From: Escherichia phage teqsoen
Strand: one strand, 5' to 3'
Sequence record: MN895436.1
DNA length: 64,000 nucleotides
In this document: positions 16,453 to 27,404 of the stretch, one piece after another
Position numbering within the stretch: the first letter of the stretch is position 1
How the letters are laid out: every line of letters begins with the position of its first letter
The notes under the pieces: model-generated
What the model was told of the DNA's origin: nothing
The model's database searches: none
The model's input: only the letters and a program-made list of their open reading frames with translations
Program-made: the position numbers and the translations under genes

Positions 16453-18432
16453 ATGACTTTATTATCTCCGGGCATTGAGCTCAAAGAAACTACGGTTCAA
16501 AGCACCGTGGTTAATAACTCTACTGGTACAGCAGCTTTGGCCGGTAAATTCCAGTGGGGTCCTGCTTTTCAGATTAAACAGGTTACAAATGAAGTAGATT
16601 TAGTTAATACTTTTGGTCAACCAACCGCTGAAACTGCTGACTATTTTATGTCTGCGATGAATTTCTTACAGTACGGAAATGACTTACGAGTAGTTCGTGC
16701 TGTTGATAGAGATACCGCTAAAAACTCATCTCCGATTGCTGGTAATATTGAATACACAATTTCTACCCCAGGTAGTAACTATGCAGTTGGAGATAAAATC
16801 ACGGTCAAATATGTTTCAGATGATATTGAAACTGAAGGTAAAATTACTGAAGTAGACGCAGATGGAAAAATTAAGAAAATTAATATTCCTACTGCAAAAA
16901 TTATCGCTAAAGCTAAAGAAGTCGGTGAATACCCAACATTAGGTTCTAACTGGACTGCAGAAATTTCTTCGTCTTCCTCTGGTTTAGCCGCAGTAATAAC
17001 TCTTGGAAAAATTATTACTGATTCTGGTATTTTATTAGCTGAAATTGAAAATGCTGAAGCTGCTATGACAGCGGTTGACTTTCAAGCAAATCTCGAAAAA
17101 TACGGAATTCCAGGAGTAGTAGCTCTTTATCCAGGCGAATTAGGCGATAAAATTGAAATTGAAATCGTATCTAAAGCTGACTATGCAAAAGGAGCTTCTG
17201 CATTACTCCCAATTTATCCAGGTGGTGGTACTCGTGCATCTACTGCTAAAGCAGTGTTTGGATATGGACCACAAACTGATTCACAGTACGCTATTATAGT
17301 TCGTCGTAATGATGCTATTGTTCAAAGTGTTGTTCTTTCAACTAAGCGTGGTGAAAAAGATATTTACGATAGTAACATCTATATCGATGACTTTTTCGCA
17401 AAAGGTGGTTCAGAATATATTTTTGCAACTGCACAAAACTGGCCAGAAGGCTTCTCTGGAATTTTAACTCTGTCTGGTGGATTATCATCAAATGCTGAAG
17501 TAACAGCAGGAGATTTGATGGAAGCTTGGGACTTCTTTGCTGATCGTGAATCTGTTGACGTTCAACTGTTTATTGCGGGTTCTTGTGCCGGTGAATCTTT
17601 AGAAACAGCATCTACTGTCCAAAAACACGTCGTTTCAATTGGGGATGCTCGTCAAGATTGCTTAGTATTGTGCTCACCACCACGTGAAACTGTAGTTGGA
17701 ATTCCTGTAACTCGTGCAGTAGATAATTTAGTTAACTGGAGAACTGCGGCAGGTTCATACACTGATAATAACTTTAATATCAGTTCAACCTATGCAGCAA
17801 TCGATGGCAACTACAAATATCAGTATGACAAATATAATGATGTGAATCGTTGGGTTCCATTAGCAGCTGATATTGCTGGTTTATGCGCAAGAACTGATAA
17901 CGTATCTCAGACTTGGATGTCTCCAGCTGGTTATAATCGTGGCCAGATTCTTAACGTTATTAAACTTGCTATTGAAACTCGCCAGGCTCAGCGCGACCGT
18001 TTATACCAAGAAGCTATCAACCCGGTAACTGGTACAGGTGGTGATGGTTACGTATTGTATGGTGATAAAACAGCTACTTCTGTTCCTTCTCCGTTTGATC
18101 GTATTAACGTTCGTCGTCTGTTTAATATGTTGAAAACGAATATCGGACGTAGTTCAAAATATCGTTTGTTCGAATTAAACAACGCGTTTACTCGTTCATC
18201 ATTCCGCACAGAAACTGCCCAGTACTTACAGGGAATTAAAGCTCTCGGTGGAATTTATGAATATCGTGTAGTTTGCGATACAACAAATAACACTCCGTCA
18301 GTAATTGATAGAAATGAGTTTGTTGCAACATTCTACATCCAACCGGCTAGAAGCATTAACTACATTACCTTAAACTTCGTAGCAACTGCTACCGGTGCAG
18401 ATTTCGATGAGTTAACTGGTCTTGCAGGTTAA
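16453..18432 (+). CDS. 18: Tail sheath protein gp18
   Basis: 659-aa ORF (T4 gp18 length) preceded by AGAGGA RBS. Confidence 0.9.
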   Translation: MTLLSPGIELKETTVQSTVVNNSTGTAALAGKFQWGPAFQIKQVTNEVDLVNTFGQPTAETADYFMSAMNFLQYGNDLRVVRAVDRDTAKNSSPIAGNIEYTISTPGSNYAVGDKITVKYVSDDIETEGKITEVDADGKIKKINIPTAKIIAKAKEVGEYPTLGSNWTAEISSSSSGLAAVITLGKIITDSGILLAEIENAEAAMTAVDFQANLEKYGIPGVVALYPGELGDKIEIEIVSKADYAKGASALLPIYPGGGTRASTAKAVFGYGPQTDSQYAIIVRRNDAIVQSVVLSTKRGEKDIYDSNIYIDDFFAKGGSEYIFATAQNWPEGFSGILTLSGGLSSNAEVTAGDLMEAWDFFADRESVDVQLFIAGSCAGESLETASTVQKHVVSIGDARQDCLVLCSPPRETVVGIPVTRAVDNLVNWRTAAGSYTDNNFNISSTYAAIDGNYKYQYDKYNDVNRWVPLAADIAGLCARTDNVSQTWMSPAGYNRGQILNVIKLAIETRQAQRDRLYQEAINPVTGTGGDGYVLYGDKTATSVPSPFDRINVRRLFNMLKTNIGRSSKYRLFELNNAFTRSSFRTETAQYLQGIKALGGIYEYRVVCDTTNNTPSVIDRNEFVATFYIQPARSINYITLNFVATATGADFDELTGLAG

Positions 18433-18467
18433 TACGGTGCATTCTAAAGGCCTGTTTCGGCAGGCCA

Positions 18468-18475
18468 TATAAATA
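18468..18475 (+). promoter_or_regulatory. T4-type late promoter (TATAAATA), distal, upstream of gene 19
   Basis: Exact TATAAATA immediately after a GGCCTG/CAGGCC hairpin that follows the gp18 stop. Confidence 0.5.
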
Positions 18476-18526
18476 CACTATATCCTTAATTCTTTAATTC
18501 TATATGCCCTAGGTTAAACATAGGGA

Positions 18527-18534
18527 TATAAATA
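18527..18534 (+). promoter_or_regulatory. T4-type late promoter (TATAAATA), proximal, for gene 19
   Basis: Exact TATAAATA 15 bp upstream of the gp19 ATG, preceded by a short CCCTA/TAGGG hairpin. Confidence 0.6.
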
Positions 18535-18548
18535 CTACAGAGGCTAAT

Positions 18549-19040
18549 ATGTTTGTAGATGATGTAACACGAGCGTTTGAATCTGGTGATTTTGCTCGAC
18601 CTAACTTATTCCAAGTAGAAATTTCTTATCTTGGACAAAATTTTACGTTCCAATGTAAAGCCACTGCTTTACCAGCTGGTATTGTAGAAAAAATTCCAGT
18701 CGGATTTATGAACCGTAAAATTAACGTAGCAGGTGATCGTACATTCGATGACTGGACTGTTACAGTAATGAACGATGAAGCTCATGATGCTCGCCAGAAG
18801 TTTGTTGATTGGCAAAGCATTGCTGCAGGACAAGGAAACGAAATTACTGGTGGAAAACCTGCAGAGTATAAAAAGAGCGCTATCGTTCGTCAATATGCTC
18901 GTGACGCTAAAACAGTAACAAAAGAAATTGAAATTAAAGGTCTGTGGCCTACTAACGTGGGTGAACTTCAATTAGATTGGGATTCAAACAATGAAATCCA
19001 AACCTTTGAAGTAACTCTTGCTCTCGATTATTGGGAATAA
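18549..19040 (+). CDS. 19: Tail tube protein gp19
   Basis: 163-aa ORF; size and synteny match T4 gp19. Confidence 0.9.
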   Translation: MFVDDVTRAFESGDFARPNLFQVEISYLGQNFTFQCKATALPAGIVEKIPVGFMNRKINVAGDRTFDDWTVTVMNDEAHDARQKFVDWQSIAAGQGNEITGGKPAEYKKSAIVRQYARDAKTVTKEIEIKGLWPTNVGELQLDWDSNNEIQTFEVTLALDYWE

Positions 19041-19072
19041 AATGAATGGGGAGAAATCCCCATCCTGCTTAA

Positions 19073-20697
<1,625 letters not shown>

Positions 20698-20698
<1 letters not shown>

Positions 20699-20937
20699 TG
20701 GAAGGTTTAATTGAAGCTATTAAATCAAACGACCTCGTAGCCGCTCGTAAATTATTTGCTGAAGCCATGGCTGCAAGAACGACTGATTTAATTAAAGAAG
20801 AAAAAATCGCTATCGCTCGTAATTTCTTAATCGAAGGTGAAGAACCTGATGACGAGGATGATGACGAAGACGAAGATAGTGATGATAAAGACGACAAAAA
20901 AGACAAAGACTCTGACGAAGACGAGGATGATGAATAA
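20698..20937 (+). CDS. 67: Prohead core protein gp67 with poly-acidic C-terminal tail
   Basis: 79-aa ORF; the last ~30 residues are almost entirely D/E; ATGA coupling to gp20 and gp68. Confidence 0.8.
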
Positions 20938-21362
20938 TGCTTCTGATCCCTGAAACTCATGAATTAGTTCTCGAGAATGTCGAAGCACTTATTCCTGAAG
21001 CACAGGGTCGCTTTGACGAATTGTCTTCTGCTTTAAATAAAGACGATATAAATACAATTGTCGAGAATATGCTTGATGATGAAACTGATTTAGCGGTTGC
21101 ATTAGCTTCTATTAATGAAAATATGCCGTTAAATGAATTTATCGTTAAACATGTTTCTGCCCGTGGTGAAATTACTCGCACTAAAGATCGCAAAACCCGC
21201 GAACGTAATGCATTTCAAACTACCGGGTTGTCTAAAGCAAAACGTAGACAAATTGCTCGTAAAGCTACCAAAACGAAGATTGCCAATCCAGCAGGTCAAT
21301 CTCGTGCTCAGCGTAAGCGTAAAAAAGCTCTTAAACGCCGTAAAGCATTAGGATTAAGCTAA
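20937..21362 (+). CDS. 68: Prohead core protein gp68
   Basis: 141-aa ORF with a very basic C-terminus, between 67 and 21. Confidence 0.8.
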
Positions 21363-22000
21363 TGAATGAACCCCAATTACTAATTGAAACTTGGGGTCAA
21401 CCTGGCGAAATTATTGATGGCGTGCCAATGCTTGAATCTCACGATGGAAAAGACTTAGGTTTAAAACCGGGTTTATACATCGAAGGAATATTCATGCAAG
21501 CGGAAGTCGTCAATAGAAATAAACGTCTTTATCCAAAACGTATATTAGAAAAAGCGGTAAAAGACTATATTAATGAGCAAGTTTTAACTAAACAAGCTCT
21601 CGGAGAATTAAATCATCCTCCACGCGCTAATGTTGACCCGATGCAAGCCGCTATCATTATAGAAGATATGTGGTGGAAAGGAAATGACGTATACGGACGA
21701 GCTCGTGTTATTGAAGGTGACCATGGTCCTGGAGATAAATTAGCAGCTAATATTCGTGCCGGATGGATTCCAGGAGTTTCTTCTCGTGGATTAGGTTCAT
21801 TGACTGACACAAATAAAGGTTATCGTATCGTAAACGAAGGATTCAAATTAACTGTAGGTGTTGATGCAGTATGGGGTCCAAGTGCTCCAGATGCATGGGT
21901 AACTCCTAAGGAAATTACCGAATCACAGACGGCGGAAGCCGATACAAGTGCCGATGACGCCTATATGGCTCTCGCAGAGGCCATGAAAAAAGCGTTATAA
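21362..22000 (+). CDS. 21: Prohead core protease gp21
   Basis: 212-aa ORF; size and synteny match T4 gp21. Confidence 0.85.
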   Translation: MNEPQLLIETWGQPGEIIDGVPMLESHDGKDLGLKPGLYIEGIFMQAEVVNRNKRLYPKRILEKAVKDYINEQVLTKQALGELNHPPRANVDPMQAAIIIEDMWWKGNDVYGRARVIEGDHGPGDKLAANIRAGWIPGVSSRGLGSLTDTNKGYRIVNEGFKLTVGVDAVWGPSAPDAWVTPKEITESQTAEADTSADDAYMALAEAMKKAL

Positions 22001-22030
22001 ATATTATTATCTAAACAACAGGACTACAAA

Positions 22031-22840
22031 ATGCTTAAAGAACAACTGATTGCCGAAGCGCAGAAAATTGATGCTTCCGTTGCTCTTGATAGTATTTTCG
22101 AATCAGTTAATATTTCTCCGGAAGCAAAAGAAACTTTCGGCACTGTATTCGAAGCTACCGTCAAGCAGCACGCCGTTAAATTAGCTGAATCTCATATCGC
22201 TAAAATTGCTGAAAAAGCAGAAGAAGAAGTAGAAAAAAATAAAGAAGAAGCAGAAGAAAAAGCTGAGAAGAAAATCGCTGAGCAAGCTTCTAAATTCCTT
22301 GACCATCTTGCAAAAGAATGGCTCACTGAAAATAAATTAGCAGTAGATAAAGGCATTAAAGCCGAACTGTTTGAATCCATGCTTGGTGGATTGAAAGAGC
22401 TCTTCGTTGAACACAACGTTGTTGTTCCAGAAGAATCAGTTGATGTTGTAGCTGAAATGGAAGAAGAACTGCAAGAACATAAAGAAGAATCAGCTCGTCT
22501 GTTCGAAGAACTCAATAAGCGTGACGCATATATCAATTATGTGCAGCGTGAAGTGGCATTGAGCGAAAGTACTAAAGATCTGACTGAGTCTCAAAAAGAA
22601 AAAGTCTCTGCTCTGGTCGAAGGTATGGATTATTCAGATGCATTCTCAAGTAAATTGAGTGCAATCGTAGAAATGGTGAAGAAATCTAATAAAGATGAAA
22701 GCACTATTACTGAGAGTATAAATACTCCTGATACTGAAGCAGCCGGACTGAATTTCGTCACTGAAGCTGTAGAAGATAAATCTGCACAAGGTGCAGAAGA
22801 TATTGTAAGTGTATATGCGAAAGTCGCATCTCGTTTCTAA
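22031..22840 (+). CDS. 22: Prohead core scaffolding protein gp22
   Basis: 269-aa, highly charged, Glu/Lys/Ala-rich helical protein typical of scaffolds; immediately upstream of the major capsid gene. Confidence 0.85.
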   Translation: MLKEQLIAEAQKIDASVALDSIFESVNISPEAKETFGTVFEATVKQHAVKLAESHIAKIAEKAEEEVEKNKEEAEEKAEKKIAEQASKFLDHLAKEWLTENKLAVDKGIKAELFESMLGGLKELFVEHNVVVPEESVDVVAEMEEELQEHKEESARLFEELNKRDAYINYVQREVALSESTKDLTESQKEKVSALVEGMDYSDAFSSKLSAIVEMVKKSNKDESTITESINTPDTEAAGLNFVTEAVEDKSAQGAEDIVSVYAKVASRF

Positions 22841-22858
22841 TTTTAAAGGTTAACACAA

Positions 22859-24424
22859 ATGACTATCAAAACTAAAGCTGAACTTTTGAACAAATGGAAG
22901 CCATTACTGGAAGGTGAAGGTTTACCGGAAATTGCTAATAGCAAACAAGCGATTATCGCTAAAATCTTTGAAAACCAGGAAAAAGATTTCCAGACAGCTC
23001 CGGAATATAAAGACGAAAAAATTGCTCAGGCATTCGGTTCTTTCTTAACAGAAGCTGAAATTGGTGGTGACCACGGTTACAATGCTACCAACATCGCTGC
23101 AGGTCAGACTTCTGGCGCAGTAACCCAGATTGGCCCGGCTGTTATGGGTATGGTACGTCGTGCTATTCCTAACCTGATTGCTTTCGATATTTGCGGTGTT
23201 CAGCCGATGAACAGCCCGACTGGTCAGGTATTCGCACTGCGCGCAGTATATGGTAAAGACCCAATCGCTTCCGGCGCTAAAGAAGCATTCCACCCAATGT
23301 ATGGTCCAGATGCAATGTTCTCTGGTCAGGGTGCTGCTAAGAAATTCGCTGCTTTGAAAGCAAGTGATACTCTTGAAGTCGGAACTATTTACACTCACTT
23401 CTTCCAGGAAACTGGTACAGTATATCTGCAAGCTACAGAAGTTAAACAAATTGATTCAGGCGCATCTGACGCAGACAAATTAGATGCTGAAATTAAGAAA
23501 CAAATGGAAGCAGGTGTACTGGTAGAAATCGCTGAAGGTATGGCTACTTCTATCGCTGAACTTCAGGAAGGTTTTAACGGTTCTACCGATAACCCATGGA
23601 ATGAAATGGGCTTCCGTATCGATAAGCAAGTTATCGAAGCTAAATCTCGTCAGCTGAAAGCTGCTTACTCTATTGAATTAGCACAAGACCTTCGCGCTGT
23701 TCATGGTATGGATGCTGATGCTGAACTGTCTGGTATTCTGGCTACCGAAATTATGCTGGAAATCAACCGTGAAGTTGTTGATTGGATTAACTACTCTGCT
23801 CAGGTTGGTAAATCTGGTATGACCCTGACTCCGGGTTCTAAAGCTGGTGTATTTGACTTCCAGGACCCAATCGATATTCGTGGTGCTCGCTGGGCGGGTG
23901 AATCCTTTAAAGCTCTGTTGTTCCAGATTGACAAAGAAGCAGTTGAAATTGCTCGTCAGACCGGTCGTGGTGAAGGTAACTTCATTATCGCTTCCCGTAA
24001 CGTAGTTAACGTTCTGGCTTCAGTTGATACCGGCATTTCTTATGCTGCACAAGGTCTGGCTACCGGCTTTAACACTGATACTACCAAGTCAGTATTTGCT
24101 GGTGTTCTGGGTGGTAAATACCGTGTATATATCGACCAGTATGCTAAACAGGATTATTTCACTGTAGGTTATAAAGGTCCGAACGAAATGGATGCTGGTA
24201 TTTACTACGCTCCATATGTAGCTCTGACTCCACTGCGTGGTTCTGATCCGAAGAACTTCCAACCGGTAATGGGGTTCAAAACTCGTTACGGTATCGGTAT
24301 CAACCCATTTGCAGAATCCGCTGCTCAGGCTCCGGCTTCTCGCATTCAGAGTGGTATGCCTTCTATCCTGAACAGCCTTGGTAAGAACGCTTACTTTAGA
24401 CGTGTATATGTTAAAGGTATCTAA
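22859..24424 (+). CDS. 23: Major capsid protein gp23
   Basis: 521-aa ORF (T4 gp23 length); codon usage is visibly enriched for high-expression codons (CTG, GGT, CGT). Confidence 0.92.
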   Translation: MTIKTKAELLNKWKPLLEGEGLPEIANSKQAIIAKIFENQEKDFQTAPEYKDEKIAQAFGSFLTEAEIGGDHGYNATNIAAGQTSGAVTQIGPAVMGMVRRAIPNLIAFDICGVQPMNSPTGQVFALRAVYGKDPIASGAKEAFHPMYGPDAMFSGQGAAKKFAALKASDTLEVGTIYTHFFQETGTVYLQATEVKQIDSGASDADKLDAEIKKQMEAGVLVEIAEGMATSIAELQEGFNGSTDNPWNEMGFRIDKQVIEAKSRQLKAAYSIELAQDLRAVHGMDADAELSGILATEIMLEINREVVDWINYSAQVGKSGMTLTPGSKAGVFDFQDPIDIRGARWAGESFKALLFQIDKEAVEIARQTGRGEGNFIIASRNVVNVLASVDTGISYAAQGLATGFNTDTTKSVFAGVLGGKYRVYIDQYAKQDYFTVGYKGPNEMDAGIYYAPYVALTPLRGSDPKNFQPVMGFKTRYGIGINPFAESAAQAPASRIQSGMPSILNSLGKNAYFRRVYVKGI

Positions 24425-24439
24425 TCTTTGACGATTTAA

Positions 24440-24468
24440 GGGACCTTCGGGTCCCTTTAGTTGTTTTT
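24440..24468 (+). terminator. Intrinsic terminator after gene 23
   Basis: GGGACC-UUCG-GGUCCC hairpin followed by TTTAGTTGTTTTT, directly after the gp23 stop. Confidence 0.7.
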
Positions 24469-24472
24469 ATGG

Positions 24473-24480
24473 TATAAATA
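24473..24480 (+). promoter_or_regulatory. T4-type late promoter (TATAAATA) for gene 24
   Basis: Exact TATAAATA about 28 bp upstream of the gp24 ATG. Confidence 0.6.
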
Positions 24481-24507
24481 AATCATATAAACCAAAAGGA
24501 AAGCGCA

Positions 24508-25791
24508 ATGGCTAAAATCAACGAACTTCTGCGCGAATCAACCACAACGAATAGCAACTCAATCGGTCGCCCAAATCTCGTTGCTTTGACTCGCGCTACC
24601 ACTAAATTAATATATTCTGACATTGTAGCAACGCAAAGAACTAATCAACCTGTTGCTGCTTTTTATGGTATCAAATACCTTAACCCAGACAATGAATTTA
24701 CATTTAAAACTGGTGCTACTTATGCTGGCGAAGCTGGATATGTAGACCGAGAACAAATCACAGAATTAACAGAAGAGTCTAAATTAACTCTCAATAAAGG
24801 CGATTTATTCAAATATAATAATATCGTTTATAAAGTATTAGAAGATACACCATTTGCTGATATTGAAGAAAGCGATTTAGAATTGGCTCTTCAGATTGCA
24901 ATTGTTCTTTTAAAGGTTCGTCTATTTTCTGACGCAGCGTCAACAAGCAAATTTGAAAGCTCTGATAGTGAAATTGCGGATGCTAGATTCCAGATTAATA
25001 AATGGCAAACCGCAGTTAAATCTCGCAAACTTAAAACTGGTATCACAGTTGAATTAGCACAAGATTTAGAAGCAAATGGATTCGATGCTCCTAATTTCTT
25101 GGAAGATTTGCTTGCAACTGAAATGGCAGATGAAATCAATAAAGATATTCTGCAGTCTTTGATTACAGTATCAAAACGTTATAAAGTTACAGGAATTACT
25201 GATACTGGATTCATTGATTTGAGTTATGCATCTGCACCTGAAGCTGGTCGTTCATTATACCGAATGGTATGTGAAATGGTTTCGCATATCCAAAAAGAAT
25301 CAACTTATACAGCAACGTTCTGTGTTGCTTCTGCTCGTGCCGCCGCTATTCTTGCTGCATCAGGTTGGTTAAAACATAAACCAGAAGATGATAAATATCT
25401 TTCACAAAATGCCTATGGGTTTTTAGCTAATGGTTTACCACTTTATTGCGATACTAACAGCCCATTAGATTATGTAATCGTTGGCGTAGTAGAAAATATC
25501 GGTGAAAAAGAAATTGTTGGATCAATTTTCTATGCTCCGTATACAGAAGGTCTCGACTTAGATGACCCTGAACATGTAGGTGCATTTAAAGTTGTTGTTG
25601 ATCCAGAAAGCTTACAGCCGTCTATCGGTTTATTAGTTAGATATGCTTTATCAGCAAATCCTTATACCGTAGCAAAAGATGAAAAAGAAGCAAGAATAAT
25701 TGATGGTGGAGACATGGATAAAATGGCGGGTCGTTCAGATTTGTCTGTTTTATTAGGTGTTAAATTACCAAAAATTATCATTGATGAATAA
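24508..25791 (+). CDS. 24: Capsid vertex protein gp24
   Basis: 427-aa ORF; size and synteny match T4 gp24, the gp23 paralog. Confidence 0.9.
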   Translation: MAKINELLRESTTTNSNSIGRPNLVALTRATTKLIYSDIVATQRTNQPVAAFYGIKYLNPDNEFTFKTGATYAGEAGYVDREQITELTEESKLTLNKGDLFKYNNIVYKVLEDTPFADIEESDLELALQIAIVLLKVRLFSDAASTSKFESSDSEIADARFQINKWQTAVKSRKLKTGITVELAQDLEANGFDAPNFLEDLLATEMADEINKDILQSLITVSKRYKVTGITDTGFIDLSYASAPEAGRSLYRMVCEMVSHIQKESTYTATFCVASARAAAILAASGWLKHKPEDDKYLSQNAYGFLANGLPLYCDTNSPLDYVIVGVVENIGEKEIVGSIFYAPYTEGLDLDDPEHVGAFKVVVDPESLQPSIGLLVRYALSANPYTVAKDEKEARIIDGGDMDKMAGRSDLSVLLGVKLPKIIIDE

Positions 25792-25797
25792 AACAAA

Positions 25798-25819
25798 GGG
25801 ACCTTTCGGTCCCTTTTTA
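25798..25819. terminator. Bidirectional intrinsic terminator between gene 24 (+) and rnlB (-)
   Basis: GGGACC-TTTC-GGTCCC hairpin flanked by a T-run on the + side (TTTTTATTT) and an A-run on the other, lying between convergent genes. Confidence 0.7.
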
Positions 25820-25820
25820 T

Positions 25821-26825
25821 TTAACTTACCAATTCAATCCAAGCCGGACGAAGTACATCTTGTACCATTTTAACTAATTCCTTTTTAATCAAAGAAGGAT
25901 TATCCGCTTGAGTTAGAGTAATACCTTCACGAGAAGTTTCTTCCAAAATATCTTGAACAGTTAGTCCCATCACCTTTCCAAAATCTTTTGGACCAATTTC
26001 GCCAATTTTAGAAATAACGTTATTTACTCGGTTTAGTGTAACGTAACAAGCTAAAATCCCCACCAATTTGTTATCAGCTTCTGACAGTTCAACTTTAGCT
26101 TTAATAGGCTTATCAGACTTTTTCTTTTCACTAAATTTAGAATTCTTGCATTTGATGGCTACACGATTGCGATTAGGCAGCCAAGAAGGATAACAAGGTT
26201 TCAATACATATCCTTCAGCGGTAAATACTTCGCCTTTGGCTTCAGCTTTCCAAACACATTTGTTAGCGTCAATTAAACCTGCATTATCGACGGTAAAATT
26301 ATAAGACGGAACAACAGAATCCAAATCATTTGGAAGTTTAATAAGATCTTCAAATTTACCACGACCCAAAAGTGGAGCGATTTTAAACCCAAATGAATTA
26401 CAAAACGATTCCATCATGTAATCATCAACATAAGTTACATCACCACTTTCGGTAGTGACAATAATGTCAAATACATAAAAATCTTTATCGCCATAATCAA
26501 CATTCTTCTGAATGCCAGGTCCAGCGAATTCGCCAAAAACTTGATAAGTCACAACAGCTGAAGTTTCCATAATATCTTGTACTGCTTTAATGGAATCTTC
26601 GTAATTCTTTAAAATAATTTCATAACCGAAGAAATCTTCAGCAGGAAGAATCGGTCCAGTACGTTTAGCGCAAGTTACTTTATCACGCTCAATAATCAAT
26701 GAGAAATTTGTGCCGTGAATCTTTTCACGAGCTACCCATTCGCCGCCAGTCAATCCCAAGCTATAAAGTTTTTCAATAAATTTAGAGTTGTAATGATTTT
26801 CAAGACTGCTATACTTTTTAAACAT
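25821..26825 (-). CDS. rnlB: RNA ligase 2 (Rnl2)
   Basis: 334-aa ORF beginning [16 protein letters not shown] with the KIHGTN ligase motif; near-identical to T4 Rnl2 as I recall it. Confidence 0.9.
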   Translation of the reverse strand: MFKKYSSLENHYNSKFIEKLYSLGLTGGEWVAREKIHGTNFSLIIERDKVTCAKRTGPILPAEDFFGYEIILKNYEDSIKAVQDIMETSAVVTYQVFGEFAGPGIQKNVDYGDKDFYVFDIIVTTESGDVTYVDDYMMESFCNSFGFKIAPLLGRGKFEDLIKLPNDLDSVVPSYNFTVDNAGLIDANKCVWKAEAKGEVFTAEGYVLKPCYPSWLPNRNRVAIKCKNSKFSEKKKSDKPIKAKVELSEADNKLVGILACYVTLNRVNNVISKIGEIGPKDFGKVMGLTVQDILEETSREGITLTQADNPSLIKKELVKMVQDVLRPAWIELVS

Positions 26826-26834
26826 AATTAATCC

Positions 26835-27113
26835 TCAAAATGTAATTTCTAACCAATCACCATCACGCTGATCACTATTGACTTTAAAATTAAATCCTTC
26901 TTTTCTCAGCCAATCACCAATTTCTTCAGTAATCAATTTATCACGAGCAGTACAATAATAACTAAAATGTGTTTTACCTTGTTCAGCTGCTTTATTAGCA
27001 AGTTCCGAAAAATCTTTAATAAAACACTCTAGTTTAAACTGTTTGCTTTTAAGTGCTTTTTCGTGTAATCGATTAGCAAAAGATTCATTTTCATAAAGAT
27101 CATACTGTTCCAT
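26835..27113 (-). CDS. Hypothetical protein (T4 24.2-like)
   Basis: 92-aa ORF in the T4 24.2 position. Confidence 0.6.
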   Translation of the reverse strand: MEQYDLYENESFANRLHEKALKSKQFKLECFIKDFSELANKAAEQGKTHFSYYCTARDKLITEEIGDWLRKEGFNFKVNSDQRDGDWLEITF

Positions 27114-27315
27114 TTTTCACCTTTTTATTGATATGTCTTTTTCTATAGACAACTTTTTCTCGAGTTTCAAATTTATTCTTAGCAGTCATAGCTCGAGCCC
27201 ATAATACAGCCACTTCTTTCGCCTGTAAGTTTAATTCACGAGCAATTTCAATGAATGACTTTCCAGACTCATGAAGCGTAAACACCACAACCTCAGTTCT
27301 CATAATCAATCTCAT
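27100..27315 (-). CDS. Hypothetical small basic protein (T4 24.3-like)
   Basis: 71-aa ORF overlapping the upstream gene; basic C-terminus. Confidence 0.55.
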   Translation of the reverse strand: MRLIMRTEVVVFTLHESGKSFIEIARELNLQAKEVAVLWARAMTAKNKFETREKVVYRKRHINKKVKNGTV

Positions 27316-27372
27316 GTTATCGAGTTGGTGCCATTATATACATCATTTTCTGATTGTGTTTTGTGTGCTTTC

Positions 27373-27398
27373 AAAATGAAGAAAGGGGCCGAAGCCCC
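27373..27398 (-). terminator. Intrinsic terminator downstream of hoc (minus strand)
   Basis: On the - strand: GGGGC-UUCG-GCCCC hairpin followed by TTTCTTCATTTT, starting 7 nt after the hoc stop. Confidence 0.6.
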
Positions 27399-27404
27399 TT
27401 ATGA